Shown here piece by piece: positions 1-8,669 of a DNA stretch of 19,128 nucleotides (position 1 is the stretch's first letter; each line of letters begins with the position of its first letter). Under the pieces are notes generated by a model that was given only the letters and a program-made list of their open reading frames with translations, made no database searches and had not been told where the DNA came from. Location of the stretch: assembly GCA_964565945.1 (NCBI GenBank), contig CAZMGY010000038.1:1-19128 (forward strand), given 5' to 3'. Source of the DNA: an uncultured bacterium. Lineage in GTDB: Bacteria; GCA-001730085. Both the position numbers and the translations under genes were made by a program.

Positions 1-24
1 GTTGAAGATAAAAAAGGGGTAATA

Positions 25-630
25 ATGATAAACAATAAGGCGGTTAAAAAACCAACAATATTGGATGCAATAATTAAAGATACAAAAAAATTAAATTTCA
101 ACATGACCAGTGAAAATGATGTTGGAGTTTTACTTAGAACACTTGCGGTAACCAAAAACAATCAGGGCTCCTTTTTAGAATTGGGTACGGGGACTGGAAT
201 ATCAACATCATGGATACTGGATGGAATGAGCAACACCAGTACATTAGTTACAATGGATAATGATCAAGCTTTATTAGATGTGACCAATAAATATTTAGGC
301 GACGATAAAAGGTTAACGGTTGTGTGTGAAGATGGGGATGACTTTATACATCGAATACACAAAGAAAAGAAAAAATTTGACTTTATCTTTGCAGATACTT
401 GGTCGGGTAAATACCAGTTATTAGAGCAAACCCTAGATATGTTAAATATAGGCGGATTGTATATTATTGACGATATGAAAGAACAAGAAAATTGGCCAGA
501 AGGACATGAATTAAAAGTGAAAAAATTGCTGAATGCTTTAAATAGTAGAGAAGATTTATCTGTGGTTAATATAGACTGGTCATGTGGTATATTGCTTTGT
601 ACAAAAATAAATAAGGGAAGTATTTCATGA
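25..630 (+). CDS. Class I SAM-dependent methyltransferase (O-methyltransferase family 3-like)
   Basis: Intact 201-aa ORF. Motif I is FLELGTGTGISTSW. Downstream FDFIFADTW and IGGLYIIDDM fit the Rossmann-fold OMT pattern. A purine-rich GGGG lies just upstream of the ATG. The stop TGA overlaps the next ATG (ATGA at 627-630). The gene sits in a very AT-rich block. Confidence 0.75.
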   Translation: MINNKAVKKPTILDAIIKDTKKLNFNMTSENDVGVLLRTLAVTKNNQGSFLELGTGTGISTSWILDGMSNTSTLVTMDNDQALLDVTNKYLGDDKRLTVVCEDGDDFIHRIHKEKKKFDFIFADTWSGKYQLLEQTLDMLNIGGLYIIDDMKEQENWPEGHELKVKKLLNALNSREDLSVVNIDWSCGILLCTKINKGSIS

Positions 631-800
631 GTATAAATCATATGTTATGGTTAGTTTTGTTATCAATAATCTCAGGTTCTTCTTTTATACTTACAAAGGA
701 TTTGTCTCCTGTCATTGGTCCCATACTTACAACAGAGCTAAGGATTTTACTTGCTGCTATTTTTTTAGTCTTTTACTCTTTCGTTATAAATCTTGATTAT
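627..800 (+). pseudogene. EamA/DMT-family transporter, N-terminal fragment only
   Basis: The first ~58 aa (MSINHMLWLVLLSIISGSSFILTKDLSPVIGPILTTELRILLAAIFLVF) resemble the first two TM helices of EamA-type permeases (W..GSSF..K motif). After ~800 the ORF (open to 923) becomes antisense read-through of the converging TolC-like remnant. Full-length EamA proteins are about 300 aa. Confidence 0.45.
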
Positions 801-1393
801 TTGCTAAAGCTGATTTATATTTTGATTGCACAACAGCTTCAAAATTACTCAGCAAGCGCATATTTTCTTTTGTTAAAATTATTGCTTTTTCAAGATATAA
901 GTATTCATAATATACATCTGTAATTTTATAAACAACTTCTTGTTTTTTTGATTTAAAAGACTGATATGCTTCTTCAGAAGCTTTAAATGCTTTCTTTTTC
1001 TTTATCCATAATTTATCAGGAAAAGGAATTTTTTGTATAAATAGAATACGCATGTCTTTGAGGTCCAACACGAGTTTCTACTTCTTCAATATAATTTGTA
1101 TATGAAAATTCAGGATCAGAAAGAGAAAATTCTTTTGATATATTTTCAAATTTAGATTGCCAATTATAAAATTTAGATTTAATTTCAGGATTTCTTTTTA
1201 ATGCTACATCTATATATTTTTGAAGATTATTTAAAGAAGATATATTTATTTCTTTAGCAGAATCTTGATTATAAAATCGTTCTTGTTTTTTTAGCATTTT
1301 TTTCTTTATCAGCAAATTATTTTGGGCAAAAACAAGCAAACATTGCATTAACAAAACCATAACTAATAAATATAATGCTTTTTTTATATACAT
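784..1393 (-). pseudogene. TolC/CzcC-family outer-membrane efflux protein, frameshifted and 3'-truncated
   Basis: Two consecutive minus-strand ORFs (1016-1393 and 784-1071). The first has a signal peptide (MYIKKALYLLVMVLLMQCLLVFAQ), then ALKRNPEIK and EEVETRVGPQ. The second continues in another frame with IQKIPFPDKL and YYEYLYLEKAIILTKENMRLL, typical of the OMF N-terminal half. There is a frameshift near 1040-1070. Only ~200 of an expected ~420+ aa remain. Confidence 0.6.
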
Positions 1394-1456
1394 ATGGGGT
1401 TCTTTCTATAATTAGATTCTAAAACTATTGCAAGATTGATTTTTCCTCAAAAAAAA

Positions 1457-2040
1457 TGGACACCTCCCCAATCATAATCAAGAAATAGACCGCAACTTAT
1501 ATTCGAGGGGGCCTATAGCCCCAGTTTGAATGCAATCTCAGACAGATTTTACTACATTTCGATGTATTTGAAAATAGGAAGCCTGGCCGGTGCTCTTATT
1601 TCAAATACCTCTCCATGAATTGCCGTAACTTTAAAGTTACGATTTGAGCTTTCCATGGAAGCGTTATCATAGCAATTTCTGGTTTTACTCATACTGCACA
1701 AAAAACCATAAGATCCAAGCATGGTCTGATAAGTTTTTGCACAATTACGACCGCTCTCTGTCTGAATGATCATTCCTTGTAGCCTACCTCGACGATGAAC
1801 AGCTCTCTCCAATACGTTGATACCAGCTTAGATGTCATTTTTTCCGAAAGAGCTTATCTCACTAGGCGGCCTTTTTTAAGAACTCGTTCTCCATCGCTAA
1901 ACGTTTTACTTCTCGTTTTAGTCGGGACATTTCGGCTTCTTGTAGCTTTTGGGCTTTTAGACAGTTATTACCTCTTCGTTTTTTTTGATTCCATTTGCTT
2001 TTCCTCCAATCTACATCATAAAAACCGATATTGGGTGCTT
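1457..2040 (-). mobile_element. IS3-family insertion sequence remnant (5'-truncated, internally deleted, frameshifted)
   Basis: My minus-strand translation of 1866-1960 gives AQKLQEAEMSRLKREVKRLAMENEFLKKAA, the OrfA leucine-zipper end and frameshift window. ORF 1552-1812 gives the OrfB DDE C-terminus (GMIIQTESG...SMSKTRNCYDNASMES...IFKYIE). This continues after a frameshift as RLHSNWGYRPP (~1500-1545). About 170 aa of OrfB N-terminal/catalytic region are missing between the two pieces. The element end is TGGACACC... at 1457, which reads ...CA on the coding strand. Confidence 0.7.
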
Positions 2041-2052
2041 ATACGAAGATGA

Positions 2053-3222
2053 TTAGCAAGTTTCTGACAAGACTTTATCTAAAATATTTAGGGCTTTATC
2101 AATATCTTTTTTTTGAATATTAAGCGCAGGCATCAGGCGCAAAATATAATTTTGGGTGCAATTGATCAAAAGTTTTTTATTGCGACAGGCATCCACAATA
2201 GGTGTACCCTCAACTTTTAAATCAACACCCACCATAAGGCCAACACCTCTAACGGAGGCAATCACGTCATGCTTGGCTTGTAAGGTATTTAGATATTCCA
2301 TAAGATATTGGCCCATCTTGTTAACATGCTCCAGAAGGCCTTCTTGTTCCATCACTTCAAACACGGCTAATCCAGCCACGCATGCCAAAGGATTGCCTCC
2401 AAAGGTTGAAGCGTGAGTTCCAGGAACCAAAATGTCATCAAATTCGGGTTTGACCACCAAGGCCCCGATTGAGACACCTCCACCAAGAGCTTTAGCCAAG
2501 GTCATGACATCGGGCTCAACATTGTAGTTTTGATAAGCAAACATTGTGCCTGTTCGGCCCATACCTGTTTGCACTTCATCAAAGATCAATAGGGCACCAT
2601 ACTGATCACACAAATCTCGAGCCTTTTGAATAAATTCCTCCGATACAATGTTAACCCCACCTTCGCCTTGGATCGGTTCCATAAAAATCGCGGCTGTTTT
2701 GTCATTGACCAATTGCTTCAGCTGTTCGATATCATTCGGTTCACAATGGAAAAACCCATCGGGCAAAGGTTCAAAATCTTTTTTGTAATTGAGCTGGCCA
2801 GTCATTGTCATCGCACCAAGCGTCCGTCCATGAAACGATTTGACTAAAGAAACAAACTGGTATTTTTCGGAAGTGCGTTTACGTGCTAGCTTTATTGCCG
2901 CCTCATTAGCTTCGGCGCCACTGTTGCAAAAAAAGGTTTTGCCTCCAAACGAATGCTTGGCAATTTTTTCGGCAAGCAAGCCTTGGGGTTTGTTGTAAAA
3001 GATATTAGGCACATGAATCAGTTGAGCCACTTGCTCTTGCACAGCCTTAACAATATGAGGATGACAGTGACCCAAATTCGACACAGCCCAACCAGAAAAA
3101 AAATCCAAATACTCATGGCCTTGATCGTCCCACAAACGGACACCCTCTCCTTTCACAAAGGTGATGGGGTAACGATTGTAGGTTGGCAACACACAGTCTT
3201 TAAAGATTTGCTCTAAACTCAT
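2053..3222 (-). CDS. argD: Acetylornithine aminotransferase (class-III PLP aminotransferase)
   Basis: Intact 389-aa ORF. Motifs FCNSGAEANEAAIKLAR and LLIFDEVQTGMGRTG are present, with the PLP-lysine context DVMTLAKALGGG. It is the last gene of the arg cluster. Stop is TAA. Confidence 0.93.
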   Translation of the reverse strand: MSLEQIFKDCVLPTYNRYPITFVKGEGVRLWDDQGHEYLDFFSGWAVSNLGHCHPHIVKAVQEQVAQLIHVPNIFYNKPQGLLAEKIAKHSFGGKTFFCNSGAEANEAAIKLARKRTSEKYQFVSLVKSFHGRTLGAMTMTGQLNYKKDFEPLPDGFFHCEPNDIEQLKQLVNDKTAAIFMEPIQGEGGVNIVSEEFIQKARDLCDQYGALLIFDEVQTGMGRTGTMFAYQNYNVEPDVMTLAKALGGGVSIGALVVKPEFDDILVPGTHASTFGGNPLACVAGLAVFEVMEQEGLLEHVNKMGQYLMEYLNTLQAKHDVIASVRGVGLMVGVDLKVEGTPIVDACRNKKLLINCTQNYILRLMPALNIQKKDIDKALNILDKVLSETC

Positions 3223-3326
3223 GATTCTTCCCTTTCAAATACTTGGATACCAGGTTAAGCCACAGCCTGACGGTTTTTGTGTTTTTCGCCATCCTGTGAC
3301 TTGGTCAGAGGATGACGTACACATAA

Positions 3327-4220
3327 TTACGGTACAATTTCGGTGCCAACCCCTTGATCGGTAAAAATCTCTAACAGCAAAGAATGACTCACCTGGCCAT
3401 CAATAATGTGACCCTTCTTGGCACCATCATTCATAGCCTTTAAACATGACTTAGCCTTGGGAATCATCCCTCCTTTAATTACCTCTTGCTGAATCAGCAT
3501 TTCAATTTCGGGTTCATGAATCGTACTAATCAACGATGAAGGATCGTCCACTTGCTTTAAAATACCTTCGACATCGGTCAAATAAACTAATTTTTGAGCA
3601 TGCAAAGCAGCGGCAATTTCACCTGCAACCACATCCCCATTGATATTATAACTTAGTTCATCAGCACCCATCCCAATGGGTGCAATCACAGGGATTTGGT
3701 TCTCTGCTAAAACTTTATGCAGAACATCGGTGTGCACGTGCTTTACTTGACCCACAAAACCCAAATCAACTTCTTTGGGCTGTGTTTCACCTTTATTAGG
3801 TTCTACAAACATGCGAAGTTTTTCTACTTCCATCAAATGATTATCCCTACCACTCAAGCCTTGCGCCTCAGCCCCTAAGGACTTTAACTGCTTAACCAAG
3901 ATCGCATTAATAGTGTCCATTAAGGTTTCTTCCACAATATCCATCGTTTCACGGTCGGTCACCCGCATCCCTTTGATAAATTCAGGCTGAATACCACGAA
4001 TCCTCAGGGCTTCACTGATGGCGGGACCACCGCCATGAATGATCACAGGCTTCATGCCCACAAATTTCATAAAGACAATATCTTCGAGAATACCTTGAAT
4101 CACATGGGGCGCAGACATGGTGCTCCCACCAAACTTAATAACGACAATTTTATCGTAAAGCCTTTTAATGTAAGGTAAAGCCTCCAAAAGAACAGAGACT
4201 TTGGTAATTAATTTATCCAT
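3327..4220 (-). CDS. argB: Acetylglutamate kinase
   Basis: The ORF is open to 4274, but the ATG at 4220 has GGAG (4229-4232) 8 nt upstream. That start yields MDKLITKVSVLLEALPYIKRLYDKIVVIKFGGS, the canonical ArgB N-terminus (297 aa). VIIHGGGP and the amino-acid-kinase fold motifs are present. Confidence 0.9.
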   Translation of the reverse strand: MDKLITKVSVLLEALPYIKRLYDKIVVIKFGGSTMSAPHVIQGILEDIVFMKFVGMKPVIIHGGGPAISEALRIRGIQPEFIKGMRVTDRETMDIVEETLMDTINAILVKQLKSLGAEAQGLSGRDNHLMEVEKLRMFVEPNKGETQPKEVDLGFVGQVKHVHTDVLHKVLAENQIPVIAPIGMGADELSYNINGDVVAGEIAAALHAQKLVYLTDVEGILKQVDDPSSLISTIHEPEIEMLIQQEVIKGGMIPKAKSCLKAMNDGAKKGHIIDGQVSHSLLLEIFTDQGVGTEIVP

Positions 4221-4244
4221 GTCATTCACTCCAACAAAAGTCTT

Positions 4245-4293
4245 AGGGGCTGTCTCAAATAACATGATTTTCATATTATTTGGGACAGCCCCT
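4245..4293. promoter_or_regulatory. Perfect 10-bp inverted repeat (AGGGGCTGTC ... GACAGCCCCT, 29-nt spacer) in the argJ-argB spacer
   Basis: Read directly: 4245-4254 pairs with 4284-4293. It sits between the argJ stop (4309) and the argB Shine-Dalgarno (4229-4232). On the coding (minus) strand it is followed by AAGACTTTTGTT. Confidence 0.4.
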
Positions 4294-4308
4294 TTTATTG
4301 TTTAATAA

Positions 4309-5508
4309 TCAAGTATAATATTCAGCATTGATTTTGACATAATCATAACTAAGGTCCGAAGTCCAACATTCCGATTGAGATTGACCTAAAGCTAAGTCTA
4401 TATGAATCAATAGGTTAGATTCTTTCATCTCAGACTTCAACGCCTCTTTGGTGGTCACCAAAGTGTTGTTTTGCAATAGCACCTGGTCTTGCAAAGACAA
4501 GGTCACTTGCGCAGGATCAAAAACAACTCCAGCAGATCCGGCCGCCGCCACAATCCGACCCCAATTTGGGTCGCAGCCAAACATAGCGGTCTTTACTAAA
4601 GACGACTGCGCAATCGCCATCGCAACCTTATAGGCATCTTCATCCGAAGCGGCACCAGTCACTTTGACGGTAATAAACTTACTTGCTCCCTCACCATCGC
4701 GTACAATGTCTTTGGCAAGCTCCTGCATAAGAACAAAAAGATGTTCACAAAATGTTGTCGCTTCCACGCTAGAGGTGTCTGTCACCAATGACGAAGATGA
4801 TAAACCACTGGCCATCAATATCACTGTATCGTTGGTGCTTTGATCTCCATCCACAGTGATACAATGAAAAGACTTTTGGACACAATCCCGAAAAATAGAC
4901 TCCAATAATGTGGCATCTATATGGATATCTGTGGTGATGTAGCTTAGCATGGTGGCCATGTTGGGATGAATCATTCCAGAACCTTTGGCAATCCCACTGA
5001 TTCGCACCTCATCCTCTCCCAACACAAACGAACAGCTGTAGGTTTTGGTGCAAGTGTCGGTGGTGAGAATCGCTTGCGAGCTATCGCTATCTTGATCAGA
5101 CAATTGTGAGACCATTGCTTGAATCTCACTTTGCATTGCAGGCACAGGCAATCTCTCACCGATAATCCCTGTCGAGCTCATCAACACATAAGAAGAATCG
5201 ATTTGTAAGGCATTGGCCACGGTATGGATCAAATCCCTGGTGTCCTGCACTCCTTCGGTACCCGTCGCCGCATTGGCATTACCACTGTTCACCAAAATTG
5301 CCTGAGCTTGATTTTTGGAAACAGCCAATGTTTCAGCTCCCAGAATAACCGATGACGCTTTCATCTGATTGGTGGTGAACATTGCACAAGTTGTTACTGG
5401 TTGATTAGCCACCAACAATAGCATATCGGGGCCTTGACTTTTAATTTTCGCGAAGCCCGTAGCCACGCGAAAGCCTTTGGGGTAAGTTAATCCTTCAAGT
5501 GGTTTCAT
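4309..5508 (-). CDS. argJ: Bifunctional glutamate N-acetyltransferase / amino-acid acetyltransferase (ornithine acetyltransferase)
   Basis: Intact 399-aa ORF. The ArgJ autoproteolysis site is present as HPNMATMLSYITTD (cleavage before the Thr of ATML). The ATG overlaps the argC stop (ATGA at 5505-5508). Stop is TGA. Confidence 0.93.
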   Translation of the reverse strand: MKPLEGLTYPKGFRVATGFAKIKSQGPDMLLLVANQPVTTCAMFTTNQMKASSVILGAETLAVSKNQAQAILVNSGNANAATGTEGVQDTRDLIHTVANALQIDSSYVLMSSTGIIGERLPVPAMQSEIQAMVSQLSDQDSDSSQAILTTDTCTKTYSCSFVLGEDEVRISGIAKGSGMIHPNMATMLSYITTDIHIDATLLESIFRDCVQKSFHCITVDGDQSTNDTVILMASGLSSSSLVTDTSSVEATTFCEHLFVLMQELAKDIVRDGEGASKFITVKVTGAASDEDAYKVAMAIAQSSLVKTAMFGCDPNWGRIVAAAGSAGVVFDPAQVTLSLQDQVLLQNNTLVTTKEALKSEMKESNLLIHIDLALGQSQSECWTSDLSYDYVKINAEYYT

Positions 5509-6524
5509 AACAAACCAGTCGTTTCCTCGAAACCTAAAGCTATGTTCATATTTTGAACCGCTTGACCAGCTGCTCCCTTAACCAAATTATCAATCGCCGA
5601 CATAAGCACCAATGTTTGACCAACCTTAACACATGAAACATCGCAAAAATTTGAATGAGCCACATGTTTTACTTCTGGAGAAACACCATAAGACAAGACT
5701 CTCACAAAAGGCTTATCTGCATAAGTTTTTTGCAACAGTTGATGCAGCGCATCTTCAGACAAATCTTGCGTTAATTCGGTATAAATCGTGCTATAAATAC
5801 CCCGAATCATCGGTGCCAAATGTGCAACAAACAAAACATCAGTGACAACATTCGAGGCATCGCTTAAACTTTGTTCAATCTCGGGTTCATGCGGATGCGC
5901 ACCCATCTTATAAGCTTTAAAATTTTCGTCGCACTCAGGAAAGTGAAAGCCTTGCTGAGGAGTCTTGCCACCACCACTCACACCAGTTTTGGCATCAATA
6001 ATAATGCCAGTGGGTTTAATCACTTTCTCTTTTAAAAAAGGATATAAAGCCAACTGTGCTCCAGTAGGAAAACAGCCAGGATTGGCAATCGTTTTGGCCG
6101 AGCGAATAGCTTCGGTGTAAATCTCGCTCAATCCGTAGGTGAATGTACCTAAGTTTCCTTGATCTTGATGGTCGACACCATAAGACTCCCGGTACACATT
6201 GGCATCTTTCAAGCGGTAATCACCACTCAAATCAATCAATAGTTTGTCATGACCTAAATATTGAGGCATTATATCCATGGTTGTTTTGTGTGGCAAGGCA
6301 AAAAAGATCACATCCGACTCATCGAGAATTATTTGCGATTCCTCCATAGGAAAACAATTCTGATCCACCACTCCGCGAAATTCAGGAAACAGATCTGAAA
6401 AAACAGGCAGAGGATCCCTGCGAACCGCCAAATGGGCTCGTTGAACCTGCGGATGCTTCACAAGCCAACGAACTAATTCAGCACCAGTGTAACCACTGGC
6501 ACCAACAATACTTACCCGAATCAT
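5505..6524 (-). CDS. argC: N-acetyl-gamma-glutamyl-phosphate reductase
   Basis: Intact 339-aa ORF. N-terminal Rossmann motif VSIVGASGYTGAEL. Active-site Cys lies in IANPGCFPTG. The start is only 5 nt after the yajC stop. Confidence 0.93.
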   Translation of the reverse strand: MIRVSIVGASGYTGAELVRWLVKHPQVQRAHLAVRRDPLPVFSDLFPEFRGVVDQNCFPMEESQIILDESDVIFFALPHKTTMDIMPQYLGHDKLLIDLSGDYRLKDANVYRESYGVDHQDQGNLGTFTYGLSEIYTEAIRSAKTIANPGCFPTGAQLALYPFLKEKVIKPTGIIIDAKTGVSGGGKTPQQGFHFPECDENFKAYKMGAHPHEPEIEQSLSDASNVVTDVLFVAHLAPMIRGIYSTIYTELTQDLSEDALHQLLQKTYADKPFVRVLSYGVSPEVKHVAHSNFCDVSCVKVGQTLVLMSAIDNLVKGAAGQAVQNMNIALGFEETTGLL

Positions 6525-6529
6525 GAAAG

Positions 6530-6826
6530 TTACCTAACCGCCACAATGGCACTACGCAAAATTTCAAGTTTAGCCCCTTCGCCGACCTTAAGCACGATAA
6601 TATCATCCTTAAGATTAGCAATCACTCCAATCAGGCCACCTTGAGTAACCACTTTGTCACCTTTTTTGATTTCGGATAACATCTTAGACATTTCTTTTTG
6701 CTTCTGTTTCTGTGGGCGCAAAACCAAAAAATACATCACCAAAAAAACAAGAATAAAAGGTAAAAAACTACTTAACATCATTGGGCTAGATACCGCAGCA
6801 CCTTCTGCCACAAGGGGTCCACTCAT
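6530..6826 (-). CDS. yajC: Preprotein translocase subunit YajC
   Basis: 98 aa. A single TM (LPFILVFLVMYFLVL) is followed by RPQKQKQKE...GDKVVTQGGLIGVI...ILRSAI, the YajC signature. AAGGAG (6835-6840) lies 8 nt upstream of the ATG. Confidence 0.85.
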   Translation of the reverse strand: MSGPLVAEGAAVSSPMMLSSFLPFILVFLVMYFLVLRPQKQKQKEMSKMLSEIKKGDKVVTQGGLIGVIANLKDDIIVLKVGEGAKLEILRSAIVAVR

Positions 6827-6858
6827 CGTTACTTCTCCTTAAATATTTAGAAAGCGAT

Positions 6859-6864
6859 ATTATA
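6859..6864 (-). promoter_or_regulatory. Candidate -10 box (TATAAT) for the yajC-arg transcription unit
   Basis: A perfect TATAAT on the minus strand lies ~33 nt upstream of the yajC ATG. No convincing -35 was found. Confidence 0.3.
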
Positions 6865-6989
6865 TCATGTCCCGAACAGTTGCTAGCTTATCACACAAAA
6901 GAAAGATGGTTACTCATTGAGACTTGATTTGTTGATATGTCTGTTGACGTTCTTATTCCTAACAGATCTGGATTTGCTACAATATCTTT

Positions 6990-8475
6990 ATGAAGTGTGT
7001 TTTAGTTTTAGGTGCAACAGGCTATGTTGGAGGTCGCCTGGTCCCTGCCCTTCTTTGAAAAGGGTTATAAAAGATTCCGTGCCACCAGGCACTCCTTAAA
7101 ACAACCTTAAGAGCCGTCCCTGGGCCAATCATCCCCAGATTGAACTGATAGCTGTAAATTTTCTCGATCAACAATAGCTCAGGAAAGCCTGCCAAAATTG
7201 TGACCATGTCTTTTATATTGTCCACTCGATGGTTTAAGATATTCAAGACTTTGCTCAAACAGATTGGATTGCAGCCGAAAATATGATTCAAGCTATCACT
7301 GCGCACACGCCCAAAGCAATTGTCTATTTAGGAGGACTCGGTCAAGACACTGCTAAAACAAGCCCTCATCTGCAATCTCGCCACGAAGTCGAGCATATTC
7401 TCAAACAAAGTCTAGCCCCTTTGACTATATTGCGAGCCGTTATGATTGTAGGTTCGGGTAGTGCATCATTTGAAGTTTTGCGTTATTTGGTTGAACGGCT
7501 ACCACTGATGCTTATACCTAAATGGGGCAACACTCGTTCCCAACCTATAGCTATTCGTAACGTGATCCACTATTTGCTCCATACCATCGATAACGAACAG
7601 GCACTTCAAAAAAGCTTCGATATTGGGGGAACAGATATTCTCACTTACGAAGATCTGATACGTACTTATCAAGAGGAGGTTGGGTTAAGCAAGCGTGTCA
7701 TTATGCACATTCCCTAAGCTTTTATTGGATCCATTTGGTCACACCTGTTCCAGCTGTTATCGCACCTCCTCTGGCAGAAGATTTCAAAAATGAAGTTATT
7801 TGCCTCAATCACGCCATCCGAGATATTGTCCCGCAAGAACTTCTATATGTCCGTGAAGTGATCCGTTTCGCCTTACAAAAAAAAGATGGCGACCATGTCG
7901 AAAGTCATTGGACCGATTCGGGCACTGTACATCCCTTTGAATGGACTTACGCAGGAAACCCTTCGGGGGCTGGAGGAAGTAATTATATGGACAAACGCAT
8001 TATCATCATCCACGCCCCTCAAGACAAAGTGTGGCAAGGCATCGAAGCCATTGGCGGCAAACGTGGTTGGTACCACGCCACTTAGCTATGGAGGATGCGA
8101 GGCTTTCTCGATCGTCTTTTCGGAGGTATTGGACTTCGCAGAGGGCTTCGCAGCCAAGATCATATTAAAGTCGGTGATGCCCTTGATTTCTGGCACGTGC
8201 TCGCCATTGAACCTTCAAGTAAGTTATTTTTGGTTGCCGAAATGAAACTCCCAGGCAAAGCCACCTTAGAGTTTAATTTCAAGGCGATTGACGAAAATAC
8301 AACACAAATGACCCCAATAGCCCGCTTTAAACCAAAAGGATTGCTCAGTATACTCTATTGGTTTAGTATTCTGCCCCTGCATCACTATGTTTTTGATGGT
8401 ATGATACAGAAATTCAAACAGTTTTGCGAATACAATAAAACGCCGCCCATTGATTCTGACAGATCTTCTGTTTAA
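6990..8475 (+). pseudogene. NAD(P)-binding SDR-family protein with C-terminal DUF2867, multiply disrupted
   Basis: It starts MKCVLVLGATGYVGGRLVPALL (Rossmann GxxGxxG). By hand translation, homology continues through three frames: EKGYK..., PWANHPQIELIAVNFLD, VFYIVHSM, AIVYLGGLG...SPHLQSRHEVE...GSGSASFEVLRYLVERLP, LVTPVPAVIAPPLAEDFKNEV, IEAIGGKRGWYHA, LWRMRGFLDRLFGGIGLRRG...AEMKLPGKATLEF. Lesions are frameshifts near 7056, ~7100 and ~7715-7740, and in-frame stops TAG 7175-7177, TAA 7235-7237 and TAG 8083-8085. Confidence 0.8.
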
Positions 8476-8660
8476 GTTGCAACCCAAGCTCTTCAAAAAC
8501 ATTGGCCACTACATAGTCAAAAGTTTCGGTGGCAAATGGTTGCTTCTCAAGCTGATTAAGTTCCATATTTTTGAGTACTATTGTAAGCGCTTCATCTTCG
8601 GAATCAAAAGCCTCCACCGGTATCCGCTGTATCACAAACCTAAGCCCAAAGATCAAGTCC
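8476..8660 (-). pseudogene. Possible remnant of a class I SAM methyltransferase (PrmA-like middle segment)
   Basis: Part of minus ORF 8414-8656 reads FDSEDEALTIVLKNMELNQLEKQPFATETFDYVVANVFEELGLQL. This resembles the D.d..A...A..N...N ... FD.vvANi....L segment of PrmA-type methyltransferases. There is no N-terminal SAM-binding motif and no plausible start. The call is weak. Confidence 0.25.
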
Positions 8661-8669
8661 TTCGCTAAA

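Noticed and set aside
3290-3314. A hairpin (CATCCT-G-TGAC TTG GTCA-G-AGGATG) in the argB-argD spacer, considered as a terminator.
   Set aside because: No U-tract follows it on either strand. It may be a minor mRNA structure but cannot be called a terminator.
4221-4274. A longer argB start at 4274 (MKIMLFETAPKTFVGVND...).
   Set aside because: The extension has no ArgB-like sequence and is covered by the 10-bp inverted repeat. The ATG at 4220 has an ideally spaced GGAG.
2156-6349. Plus-strand ORFs of 61-87 aa inside argD, argJ and argC (e.g. 2156-2416, 2626-2847, 2953-3216, 4448-4633, 5633-5845, 6143-6349), and the minus ORF 4971-5159.
   Set aside because: They lie antisense or out of frame within long, clearly conserved genes. 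They have no RBS and no recognisable motifs. They are shadow ORFs.
6841-6880. A possible ARG box (ArgR operator) overlapping the yajC -10 region (CATGATATAATATCG).
   Set aside because: Only about half the positions match TNTGAATWWWWATTCANW, and there is no second tandem box.
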